NCBI GenBank assembly: GCA_000384935.1
Contig: ARRA01000004.1
Span: 12,834-76,833 of the forward strand
Direction of reading: 5' to 3'
DNA from: a gamma proteobacterium SCGC AAA076-P13
GTDB taxonomy: Bacteria; Pseudomonadota; Gammaproteobacteria; Magnimaribacterales; D2472
DNA: 64,000 nt
The first letter of the stretch is position 1. Each line of letters starts with the position of its first letter. Positions 10,313 to 19,177 of this stretch are shown in pieces. A model generated the notes under the pieces. It worked only from the letters and a program-made list of their open reading frames with translations. It was not told the origin of the DNA and did no database searches. The position numbers were made by a program, and so were the translations under genes.

Positions 10313-12088
10313 ATGTCCATACCCTCAAGCTTTATTGATCGACTGATAACTTCTGTCAATATAGTAGATATTATAGGAAGAAGGCTTCAACTAGAAAGAA
10401 GAGGCGGAGCTTATTGGGCAAAGTGTCCATTTCATGGCTCTGGAGAGGAAAGAACTGGGTCTTTCAAGATCTATGAGGATACAGGCACCTATCATTGTTT
10501 TGGTTGCAAGGAGTCTGGTAACGCAATTCACTTTTTGAGAAAACATGACGGCCTTGATTTCATGGAAGCTATTGAATTACTGGCATCTTATGTGGGTATG
10601 GAAGTTCCTCAGCAAGAAAAGCCGGTAGATGTTTCCGATGCTCTAAATATTAACTCTCGAGCCGTAGAGATTTTCATAGAACAATTAAAGTCGCCTTTAG
10701 GAAAAACGACTATTGAATATTTAAAAGCAAGAGGTATTAGCGGTGAGACTGCTAAATTTTTTGAACTAGGATATTCCGTAGAAAGAAACCCATCTCTTCA
10801 TTCAATACTTTCTCCAAAGTATGAAAAATCCGACCTTGAGGATTCCGGGTTATTTGGATCAAATGACAATGGAGAAATGTATGATCGTTTCAGAGACAGG
10901 CTTATGTTTCCAATTAGAAATATTAAAGGTGAGCATATAGCCTTTGGTGGAAGGCTTCTGCAAGATAAAAAAGACCAAGCTAAATACTTGAACTCACCAG
11001 AGACTAAAACATATAAGAAGAAATATGAATTATATGGGCTTTATGAGGCAAGATTAATTGAAAAAAGACCGCAATCCTTATTTTTGGTTGAAGGTTATAT
11101 GGATGTTATTGGATTGCATCAGCATGGCATAAAAAATGCAGTAGCTTCTTCTGGGACAGCATTCACTCAAGAGCAACTCAGAAAAATTCTTAGTTATACC
11201 AACGTTATTTACATAGTGTTTGATGGAGATGAGGCTGGGCAAAAAGCTTCATGGAGAGCTGTAGAAAATGCTCTTCCTCTTCTTAGAGAAGATATCAGAA
11301 TGAGTTTTATATTTTTAAAACCTGGAGATGACCCAGATAGCTATATCAAAGAAAATGGCAAAGATGCTTTTGTTAAACTGGCGTCTGAAGCAACATCATT
11401 TTCGGATTATTTTTTACAATCTATTAAAGACCATGATGACTTATCTTCTATTGAAGGAAGGTCTATGGTTGCTCAGTTTGCAAAACCCTTAGTAAACAAA
11501 ATAGCCAATCCAACACTTAAAGAAGCATATACGAGTGAGATAAGTAATATATGCGATTTAGATTTTAGTAAGCTGCTATCTGGAGAGGACAGATATCAAC
11601 CCAATAAATCTTTACAAAAAGAAGAGGTAAAAAAGACCCCTAATTCGGTTATAAGAAAATCTGTACTTGGAGTCTTTACAGCTCTTATCCAGCACCCCAA
11701 GTTAGCTAAAGACAGAGCATTTGATTTGATAAGAAAAGATTCTAGATTTTTATTTTTAAACGATGTGAGAAATTTCTATAAAGATAATCCAGAAGCAGTT
11801 CCATCCATACTATTTGAAAAAATAGAAAATGAAAAAATAAAGAACTTATTTGGTGAAGCTCTAGTATCAGAAATTAAGCTTTCAGTTGATGATGCAAAAT
11901 CAATGATTGAGGATTGTATTAGCCTAATATCAAAAACTGAAAAAGATAGAGAGGAAATCTTAAAAGAAAAGTATAATATGCAAGAAATAACATCTGCAGA
12001 AAAAAGGGAATTACAACAACATATTCTCAAAAAAGCTTCCATGACAGAAGAAGACCAGATTTTATTAAAAAATTTAAGCTCTAAATAG
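10313..12088 (+). CDS. dnaG: DNA primase
   Basis: CPFH zinc finger, HCFGC, FGGR, KYLNSPET, EGYMDVI, FDGD TOPRIM. Confidence 0.97.
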   Translation: MSIPSSFIDRLITSVNIVDIIGRRLQLERRGGAYWAKCPFHGSGEERTGSFKIYEDTGTYHCFGCKESGNAIHFLRKHDGLDFMEAIELLASYVGMEVPQQEKPVDVSDALNINSRAVEIFIEQLKSPLGKTTIEYLKARGISGETAKFFELGYSVERNPSLHSILSPKYEKSDLEDSGLFGSNDNGEMYDRFRDRLMFPIRNIKGEHIAFGGRLLQDKKDQAKYLNSPETKTYKKKYELYGLYEARLIEKRPQSLFLVEGYMDVIGLHQHGIKNAVASSGTAFTQEQLRKILSYTNVIYIVFDGDEAGQKASWRAVENALPLLREDIRMSFIFLKPGDDPDSYIKENGKDAFVKLASEATSFSDYFLQSIKDHDDLSSIEGRSMVAQFAKPLVNKIANPTLKEAYTSEISNICDLDFSKLLSGEDRYQPNKSLQKEEVKKTPNSVIRKSVLGVFTALIQHPKLAKDRAFDLIRKDSRFLFLNDVRNFYKDNPEAVPSILFEKIENEKIKNLFGEALVSEIKLSVDDAKSMIEDCISLISKTEKDREEILKEKYNMQEITSAEKRELQQHILKKASMTEEDQILLKNLSSK

Positions 12089-12146
12089 ATTGAATTTATA
12101 GATTTAATCACTACATAGAGTAAACATATTTGGAGTACAAGAATTC

Positions 12147-13961
12147 GTGGATAAATTAAGTAAAAAAGGTTCAAAAATAGCTGAACTCATCGAGAAAGGA
12201 AGAGAGCAGGGCTATTTAACCTATGCAGATGTTAATGATCACCTTCCTGAGGATATTTCTGATCCAGATCAGGTCGATGAAATCATTGGAATGATCAATG
12301 ATTTAGGTCTCCAAGTTCACGAAACTGCACCTGATGCTGATGACTTATTATTGGCAAATTCAGAAGAGTCTGATGATATTGCTCTTGAGCAAGCTGCAGA
12401 AGCTCTTGCTGCTGTAGAAAATGAGACTGGAAGAACTACAGATCCTGTAAGAATGTATATGCGTGAGATGGGAACAGTTGATCTTCTAACTCGTGAAGGT
12501 GAAATAGAAATTGCTAAAAGAATTGAAGAAGGCATGAGAGACCTTCTTGCCGCAAGTGTTGTTTACCCCAAAACTGTGGAGTTCGTAATCGATTATCATC
12601 AAATGGTAAAAGATGGCGAAAAGAAAACTAATGATTTTTTAACTGGGTTCCTTGAGGAAATGGAAGTGGTTCCATCTGCAGGACCAGGAAGCCAAAGAGC
12701 GAAAGATGAAGCAGCTGCTGCAGAAGAATCAGACGATGAGACTCCATCAGGTCCGGATATGGAAGAAGTCCAAAGAAGGATGACTAATCTTAAAAGACAT
12801 TACAACAAAACATTAAAGGTTATTGAATCAAAAGGGCGTCATTCTAAAGAAGCAAATGCCGAATTTAAGAAAGTTGGAGAAATTTTCCAATTCCTAAAAT
12901 TTAGTCCAAGAATGTTTGATGACATTGCATCTATTGCTAGAGAAGGACTGGCAATGATTAGAGATAAAGAAAAATTTATTCAAGAGCAGTTGGTAAGAAA
13001 TGCTCGTATGCCTAGAAAAGATTTCTTAGCTGTGTATACAGACAACTTAACAAAAGTTAGATGGGTTGATTCTTTAATGAAAGAGAAAAAATACAAAAAA
13101 GATCTTTTAGAAAAAGTTAAACAAGATGTGGTTATTGCACAGAAAGACATTATCGAGCTTGAAACTAGAGTCGGTCTTAGTGTTAAAGAAATTAAAGAGA
13201 TTAATAGAAATATGTCTATGGGTGAAACCAAAATGAGACGTGCTAAAAAAGACATGGTTGAGGCTAACTTAAGGTTGGTTATATCTATTGCTAAAAAATA
13301 TACCAACAGAGGTCTTCAATTCTTGGACTTAATCCAAGAGGGAAATATAGGTCTTATGAAGGCTGTAGATAAGTTTGAGTACAGAAGAGGTTATAAATTC
13401 TCTACTTACGCAACTTGGTGGATCAGACAGGCCATAACGAGATCTATTGCTGATCAGGCTAGAACAATAAGAATACCAGTCCATATGATTGAGACTATTA
13501 ACAAATTAAACAGAGTGTCTCGTCAGATGATGCAGGATATGGGAAGAGAGCCAACACCAGAAGAGTTAAGTAAAGAGCTTGATATGCCTGAAGACAAAGT
13601 AAGAAAAGTTCTTAAGATTGCAAAAGAGCCAATTTCAACTGAAACACCTATCGGTGATGATGAAGATTCAAGCTTAGGTGATTTCATTGAAGATACTGTT
13701 ATAGAGTCTCCACTTGAAAATGCAACAGAAGACAGTCTGCATTTTGCAACGGATGATGTCTTGGGGTCTCTTACAGCAAGAGAAGCCAAAGTATTAAGAA
13801 TGAGATTTGGTATTGGCATGAATACTGACCATACTCTTGAAGAAGTAGGGAAGCAGTTTGATGTTACTAGAGAAAGAATAAGACAGATTGAAGCAAAGGC
13901 TTTAAGAAAACTTAGACACCCTAGCAGATCAAGTCATTTAAAAAGCTTTTTAGACGAGTAA
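12147..13961 (+). CDS. rpoD: RNA polymerase sigma factor RpoD
   Basis: [70 protein letters not shown]. Confidence 0.99.
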   Translation: MDKLSKKGSKIAELIEKGREQGYLTYADVNDHLPEDISDPDQVDEIIGMINDLGLQVHETAPDADDLLLANSEESDDIALEQAAEALAAVENETGRTTDPVRMYMREMGTVDLLTREGEIEIAKRIEEGMRDLLAASVVYPKTVEFVIDYHQMVKDGEKKTNDFLTGFLEEMEVVPSAGPGSQRAKDEAAAAEESDDETPSGPDMEEVQRRMTNLKRHYNKTLKVIESKGRHSKEANAEFKKVGEIFQFLKFSPRMFDDIASIAREGLAMIRDKEKFIQEQLVRNARMPRKDFLAVYTDNLTKVRWVDSLMKEKKYKKDLLEKVKQDVVIAQKDIIELETRVGLSVKEIKEINRNMSMGETKMRRAKKDMVEANLRLVISIAKKYTNRGLQFLDLIQEGNIGLMKAVDKFEYRRGYKFSTYATWWIRQAITRSIADQARTIRIPVHMIETINKLNRVSRQMMQDMGREPTPEELSKELDMPEDKVRKVLKIAKEPISTETPIGDDEDSSLGDFIEDTVIESPLENATEDSLHFATDDVLGSLTAREAKVLRMRFGIGMNTDHTLEEVGKQFDVTRERIRQIEAKALRKLRHPSRSSHLKSFLDE

Positions 13962-13963
13962 AC

Positions 13964-14602
13964 TTACTTCCAATTACCTTTTCTTCCTGATAAATCCCAA
14001 TTGATTCTTGACCACATCAATTGGATTCGTCTTTCTATATACCTTTTTGCAAAGAAATCACTCATCTCAGGAAGCGGAACAAACGATGATGAACCTAGGC
14101 CATCAATAATTTTTAGAACGATTAAATTGTCTTCATAGCCCACAACTATATTATGTGGAATGATATTTTTTGTTAAAACTAAACTAGATCTTAGCCAAGA
14201 TTCAAAATCATCTAGAGCTTTCTTTATTTCATCTGTCATGCCAAATGTAAACAAATATTTTTCAAGTGTGATTGCTATATTTTGATTATTATCTAGGACT
14301 AATTCTGTTTCTGATGCTGGCCCTATAGATGTTTCAACCATTCCATACCATCTAGCTAAATGCTTCCATTTATTTGGATTATTATTCTTAAGAGATCTTT
14401 GTTGATAAGCAGATTGCTCTCTAAGATTATCATCAAAGCTTTCTGCTGATCTAAGTTTTTTATACCAAGCTGCATTTTTTTTTACTTTTTCTGATTGGCC
14501 TTCAAAAGAAATCTTAAGACATCTATCTTTTTTTAAAGGATGAATAAAGCATCGCCTATTACCGCCTTGAGCAAAGTACTCGATGTTATTCAGGTTAATC
14601 AT
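13964..14602 (-). CDS. YrbL-family kinase-like protein
   Basis: FAQGGNRRCFIHP..CLKI, YGMVETSIG, NIVV..IIDGLG. Confidence 0.7.
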   Translation of the reverse strand: MINLNNIEYFAQGGNRRCFIHPLKKDRCLKISFEGQSEKVKKNAAWYKKLRSAESFDDNLREQSAYQQRSLKNNNPNKWKHLARWYGMVETSIGPASETELVLDNNQNIAITLEKYLFTFGMTDEIKKALDDFESWLRSSLVLTKNIIPHNIVVGYEDNLIVLKIIDGLGSSSFVPLPEMSDFFAKRYIERRIQLMWSRINWDLSGRKGNWK

Positions 14603-14645
14603 CTTTTAATAATAACTTATATGACTGAGATCAACATATTAAAGC

Positions 14646-14673
14646 TTCCCTAAATCATATATTCTTATATAAT
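14646..14673 (+). promoter_or_regulatory. probable native sigma70 promoter of the tRNA-Ile2 locus
   Basis: TTCCCT-N16-TATAAT about 30 bp upstream of the tRNA 5' fragment. Confidence 0.45.
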
Positions 14674-14704
14674 TGTTCGCTCTTAATTCAATAGAATTTA
14701 TTAA

Positions 14705-14744
14705 GGGCCTGTAGCTCAGTTGGTTAGAGCAGTGGACTCATAAT
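14705..14744 (+). repeat. attL: 40-bp direct repeat, 5' half of tRNA-Ile2 through the anticodon loop (truncated tRNA)
   Basis: GGGCCTGTAGCTCAGTTGGTTAGAGCAGTGGACTCATAAT is identical to 21995-22034, then diverges (TCCTTG vs CCATTG). Confidence 0.97.
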
Positions 14745-14802
14745 TCCTTGCTACAACTCTAAACCCCCATTCCTACAATGTTTTTTAGTACCACTTTTTA
14801 GT

Positions 14803-14828
14803 ATGTGTCAGTTTTTTTGCGACACACT
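14803..14828. repeat. putative integrase arm-binding sites, left end
   Basis: ATGTGTCAG (14803-14811) and inverted GACACACT (14821-14828) match the right-end AGTGTGTCAG motif. Confidence 0.65.
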
Positions 14829-15629
14829 CTTATTGATAGGCAATGGAAATACACCTTTGTGAATGTTATCAACATTCCTTCTGCCTTTAGTTGTCATTCT
14901 AAAGCCAAGTGCCTTTGCGTACTGAACTTTATCAGCAATGCCTTCTCCTAACTTATTTGTACCAACACCTTCAATGTCATAAACAGTATCGCCTTTTCTC
15001 CACACAGTTCCTTTCTTTCTAATAATCTTCCAACCTCTTAACTCTGCTCCAATCTCTGTAAGTGTTAAACCCTTCTTCCATAAGTCATAAGCCTTTAATG
15101 ACTCAATCATTTCTGTTTCTCTGTTTCTTGCTGATAGTTTTATTTTAAGTCTTGCTCTACTGCCTTTATCGTATTCGTAGTTGTCTCTCATAATGATTTT
15201 TATTCTTTTCATTACATCTTCTTTTGATAGGTATGTTGGTATTGCTATGACTTTAATTCTTTCTTCTTCTATTTCGTCTTTTAGTGATATAGCATCCTCA
15301 TAATTTATAAAGTCAGCAAACTCTAAACTTGGTTCAGCAAATAAAAACTCTCCTCGTCTTTGTCTGTCGTTATCTACTTTCTCATTCCACCAAGTCTTAA
15401 AGTCTTTGTTTCTTATATCTCCAAAGTTTCTGTATAACTTTTGATTACCTTTGCCTTCATTTTTCATTACTTTGTCGTAGTAAGGATTTCGTTTCATATA
15501 CTCAAACCACAAGTAGTAGAAGTTGCTTTCCCACCAAGTTCCATTAGTAGAAGTCTCTACTCCTCTTTGAGTAAAAAGAGGGTGCTTACCCTTAAAACGC
15601 CTGGTTCGAATTGCCTTTAGTTTAGCCAT
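14808..15629 (-). CDS. putative FseA-like (DUF6499/DUF2285-type) transcriptional activator
   Basis: Likely start MAKLKAIR at 15629; LWFEYMKRNPYY resembles DUF6499 WEFLRRNPxY; SLKAYDLWKKGLTLTEIGAEL resembles the DUF2285 HTH. Confidence 0.5.
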   Translation of the reverse strand: MAKLKAIRTRRFKGKHPLFTQRGVETSTNGTWWESNFYYLWFEYMKRNPYYDKVMKNEGKGNQKLYRNFGDIRNKDFKTWWNEKVDNDRQRRGEFLFAEPSLEFADFINYEDAISLKDEIEEERIKVIAIPTYLSKEDVMKRIKIIMRDNYEYDKGSRARLKIKLSARNRETEMIESLKAYDLWKKGLTLTEIGAELRGWKIIRKKGTVWRKGDTVYDIEGVGTNKLGEGIADKVQYAKALGFRMTTKGRRNVDNIHKGVFPLPINKSVSQKN

Positions 15630-15748
15630 AGTTAGTGTGGTGTATATAGATAAGACTATGGTATCAGTATTGAAATATGAACACCACCAAATGTTGGTAT
15701 TCTGTATATATGTTCGCAATAAAGCAGACATAAAAAAAAGGAAATAAT

Positions 15749-16168
15749 ATGAGTAATAGTACCAAAAATCGTTTCGAAGCATTAAGCAACGAAGAGAAAA
15801 AAGAAGTAAGAAAGCAATGGGGCAAAACATACAATAGGCATTTCTATTGTGTATATGTGAAAGATTTTCACACACCTTATTACATAGAAATACCACAACA
15901 AACAGAGCAGTTGAATATGAAATTCAAACTGTTTTATATATGTGATTATTATGGGTTTGAATTAGAAGACATAAGACGAGCATTCAAAGTTTCTATGTCT
16001 CCTTGTTTTCATAATTGGCATCCGAACATACTTGTTGATTTAAGTTATCCAAATACAGAAAGCAACAACACTTATGTAAAAACTTTATCAGAACAAGGAC
16101 GCACAAAAACCTTTGTTTTTGATGAAAAGAAAGTTATTGAAAAAACTACAGAATTGGAGGTGGCGTAA
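15749..16168 (+). CDS. hypothetical element protein
   Basis: 139-aa ORF with AAGGA SD; first of four coupled + strand ORFs. Confidence 0.7.
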   Translation: MSNSTKNRFEALSNEEKKEVRKQWGKTYNRHFYCVYVKDFHTPYYIEIPQQTEQLNMKFKLFYICDYYGFELEDIRRAFKVSMSPCFHNWHPNILVDLSYPNTESNNTYVKTLSEQGRTKTFVFDEKKVIEKTTELEVA

Positions 16169-16710
16169 TGAGAAAGGCAGTAAGAGAATTGCTTAAACAA
16201 AGACAACAAAGTAGCGAAGACTTATTGAAGCAAGTTGATGTTAAGCAAGTTGGAGGTGGCAGAGCAAAAGATTGCTTTAATAATTCTGTAGATTTTGCTG
16301 TTCAAAACAGCGATAGAGAGAGATACAAAATTGTAAGTGGTTGGTTAGTTGGCGAGTTCGATAGAGAGTTTAACGGCACAGCAATCATTCATCATTATTG
16401 GAACTATGATACTAAGACAAAAGAATACATAGACATAACACCAAATATTGATGATAGGGATATGACATACAAATATGTCGTCGACACTGAACTAATGGCT
16501 TACTCACAACAGCCACATATCTACGAGATTATTGATGACTGTGTTGGACATAGTATGTGGTACAGCAATGGTAAGTTTAGTTTAGTCACTAAGCCTTTCT
16601 TAACTCAAATACCAGTTGGTAATTGTGGTTTAGGAACAGAGTTGTTTTTTATGGACTTTGGTGGAGTGGACAAAATAAACAGAGCATTAAAACAAATGGA
16701 GGTGGCGTAA
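16168..16710 (+). CDS. hypothetical protein with candidate Cys-His-Asp (transglutaminase/papain-like) triad
   Basis: GRAKDCFNN..VSGWLV..IIHHYWN..YIDITP; GGAGG SD and TAATG coupling. Confidence 0.6.
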   Translation: MRKAVRELLKQRQQSSEDLLKQVDVKQVGGGRAKDCFNNSVDFAVQNSDRERYKIVSGWLVGEFDREFNGTAIIHHYWNYDTKTKEYIDITPNIDDRDMTYKYVVDTELMAYSQQPHIYEIIDDCVGHSMWYSNGKFSLVTKPFLTQIPVGNCGLGTELFFMDFGGVDKINRALKQMEVA

Positions 16711-16994
16711 TGAATATAGATATGAATGCTTTAGAGCAACATCAAACAACCCTTCTGTTTCATTTTTATGACTTTGGAGATAGAGATGAATTTATAGATA
16801 TGTTGGGTGGAAGAAATACAGATACACACTATGGTATTGATGTTTTTTATTTAAGAACAGACTATGGATATAGCACAGATTGTTTTATCAAAATTGAAGC
16901 AAGAGGTAGAGAAAATGCTGAGATGTTATATGAGCAAATTAGTAATTGGGCTGATGACTGTGGCACAGACACAATGTATTCCTCAATCGTTTAA
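16710..16994 (+). CDS. hypothetical acidic protein (94 aa)
   Basis: Start MNIDMNALE at TAATG junction with GGAGG SD. Confidence 0.65.
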   Translation: MNIDMNALEQHQTTLLFHFYDFGDRDEFIDMLGGRNTDTHYGIDVFYLRTDYGYSTDCFIKIEARGRENAEMLYEQISNWADDCGTDTMYSSIV

Positions 16995-16996
16995 CA

Positions 16997-17182
16997 ATGA
17001 GAAAGAAGCCAACTAACCCTCAACTAAAACACTTAAAACACGAAGTGTATATTGAGCCAACAACAGTCGCACATCACAAGTTTGTATTGAGATGTGCTGA
17101 CTGTGAAGGTGCTTTTATTAAATGGCTTAGTAGGACAGACGCAGAGTTTTTAATGGGGGAAGGTGTTGTTTTTATTTCTTAA
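16997..17182 (+). CDS. small phage-type zinc-finger protein
   Basis: H..HHKFVLRCADC..FIKWLS motif; 61 aa. Confidence 0.6.
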   Translation: MRKKPTNPQLKHLKHEVYIEPTTVAHHKFVLRCADCEGAFIKWLSRTDAEFLMGEGVVFIS

Positions 17183-17423
17183 CAATCTTCCTAATCTCTT
17201 TTGGCTTAATGCCTAACCTCATAAGCCAAGTTAAAGTTGAAATATGCTCTTCGCTTTCTTCTTCAATCAAATCCGATGCTAAGCCTATACACTCATTACA
17301 TATAGCCAAGTTCTCATACCAACCAACATTAGCAACTATAAGTTTCTCAACATCATCTTCAGTTTTATTACAGAAACTACATACGCCCAATTTACGCATA
17401 GATTTTGGTACTTCTTTGCTCAT
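17172..17423 (-). CDS. stand-alone ClpX C4-type zinc-finger domain protein
   Basis: CSFCNKTEDDVEKLI..ICNECIGLASDLI matches ClpX N-domain CSFCGKxxxEVxKLI..ICDECVxLCxxII. Confidence 0.8.
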   Translation of the reverse strand: MSKEVPKSMRKLGVCSFCNKTEDDVEKLIVANVGWYENLAICNECIGLASDLIEEESEEHISTLTWLMRLGIKPKEIRKIVKK

Positions 17424-17704
17424 TAGATTTCTTCTAATACTTTATTTTCTAATTCAACTAAAACCATATCTGCTAACTTCTCGTTTGTTTCATATGAAGT
17501 AAAACCATTTTCTTTAAGTTGTTTTGCTGTCTGCTTTAATCCCACATATAACTTACATAAACTATCGTTGCTGATGTCTTGTCTTCTGTGTTTCATTACA
17601 TACAAATAACTCTTACTCTTTCCTAAGTATTGCTCTGTAAAGTCAACTTTAGTTAAACCTCTGTTATGTTCTTTCAGTGTGTTAAATACCTTGTCTAATA
17701 TCAT
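17423..17704 (-). CDS. small HTH-like protein (DUF6626-like)
   Basis: DFTEQYLGKSKSYLYVMK; strong TAAGGAG SD; coupled to the ClpX-finger ORF. Confidence 0.5.
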   Translation of the reverse strand: MILDKVFNTLKEHNRGLTKVDFTEQYLGKSKSYLYVMKHRRQDISNDSLCKLYVGLKQTAKQLKENGFTSYETNEKLADMVLVELENKVLEEI

Positions 17705-17823
17705 TCTTGTTTCTCCTTAATGTATTACTAATAGTGATAAATAGTAGTAAGTAAAGTAATTAGACATAGCAATGCTACACACTCCCCAAAAGTATGTTTC
17801 AAATTGTTTTAATAGATTTAGTT

Positions 17824-18306
17824 TTATTGTTTATTGCTGTGCTTACTAATAAAACTGCTTCGCAAATCTATTTTATATTTCTTTAATGTGTATCTGCTAA
17901 CAGCATCTCTGTTAGCAATCTGTGTTGCGTGAAATAAGAAACCCTTTTCTCTTTTAGTATTAAGTAGTTTCATATATTCCAATTTTAATAACTCAATCAT
18001 TTGTTCATTCGTAAAACCTTCTAATGTTTTAACTTGTATATGTGCGTGTGTTCTTTTTTCATCACCTTCAATTACTACAGCCCTTTTTATATGAAATTTA
18101 TCTTTGTACTTATATAACTCTCTTCTCCACTCGCCATTTATATTCTTCCCAAATACATCACATTCAATTTTGTAAAATAATCTACACATCAATTCACTCA
18201 TTTGTTCTTTAGTAAGTTCTACTTCTGTATTCAATGTAATAAACAAATCAAAACTTTGTTTGTCTAACCACTCTGTTGTTGCTTCTCTTAACTTGTATTC
18301 GTTCAT
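17824..18306 (-). CDS. minimal HUH-endonuclease rolling-circle Rep
   Basis: Ordered RCR motifs: I FITLN, conserved E, II THAHIQV (HUH), III RYTLK (YxxK). Confidence 0.72.
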   Translation of the reverse strand: MNEYKLREATTEWLDKQSFDLFITLNTEVELTKEQMSELMCRLFYKIECDVFGKNINGEWRRELYKYKDKFHIKRAVVIEGDEKRTHAHIQVKTLEGFTNEQMIELLKLEYMKLLNTKREKGFLFHATQIANRDAVSRYTLKKYKIDLRSSFISKHSNKQ

Positions 18307-18356
18307 ACAAGTTATTTATCAAAACCTTACAGATTAAGGATGTTTTTTTAGACTAA

Positions 18357-18827
18357 CTAAATGTCAGTAGCACTATTTGCCAACTTGGTAACAAGTTCAG
18401 CATTGTCATTAGTTGCTTGGGTATAAGAGTTTTGTAAATCTATATAGGCTTGCTGTTGAGCAATTTGTGCCATTTCTTCAGACTGAAGAACTTCATCCGT
18501 TGCTTGTAGTATTTTTGTTTCTGCTTCGTAATTTAATTCTTGTCTTATTTCCTCTAAGTAATTAAGTGCTTCAGCACAAGTTCCACCACTTCTCATAAAC
18601 TCATCTTGTACATCGTTGTAGTTCATAGTGGGAGTAATGTATGTACTAACTGCTCTGCTTAACTTACTAATCACATTTTGATTTTCACAAGTAAGCCTTA
18701 GCCATTGCCAATCAGCATCACTTATTTGCCCATCAAACTTTGCTTTTGACTTTAATCCCACAATCTTTTCAGCAATACTAACAATGCTTTGAAAACTAAC
18801 CCCTTCAAAAATCTCATATAGTTTCAT
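18357..18827 (-). CDS. hypothetical helical protein, N-terminus MKLYEIFE
   Basis: ORF track 18357-18860; the internal ATG at 18827 is the more plausible start. Confidence 0.6.
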   Translation of the reverse strand: MKLYEIFEGVSFQSIVSIAEKIVGLKSKAKFDGQISDADWQWLRLTCENQNVISKLSRAVSTYITPTMNYNDVQDEFMRSGGTCAEALNYLEEIRQELNYEAETKILQATDEVLQSEEMAQIAQQQAYIDLQNSYTQATNDNAELVTKLANSATDI

Positions 18828-19177
18828 AATTTTTCTGCTTTCCGAACTCTCTTTCCACATAGTTCAACTTTGTAATTCTTTTCTTCTTACCTTCACCCAC
18901 ACTATTTCTTACAGTTTTAATGCTTATTGTTATTTATCGTAATAACTCCGCTTTTGTATTAAATCCTTTAGTTATTGCTCTAAACCCTTGTTAAGCCTTG
19001 TTATTACGGCGTTTGTAATCTTCTGCCTTTTTCGGATGACAGATATAAATTAAGACTTTATCGTTGTACGCAACATAGAACAGAGTTATTGAATGAATAA
19101 AAAGGAAAAAGAAGAAGAATTAAAACGAATGCTTAATGTGACTAATGTGTCTATAGGCAAAACTTGGAGAAAAAAAT

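Noticed and set aside
15630..15896. N-terminal 89-aa extension of the 14808..15896 ORF
   Set aside because: Overlaps the divergent 15749 gene and the intergenic regulatory region; MAKLKAIR at 15629 is the plausible start
14757..18987. CTCTAAACCC repeated near attL (14757) and at 18978
   Set aside because: A single 10-bp match without further structure
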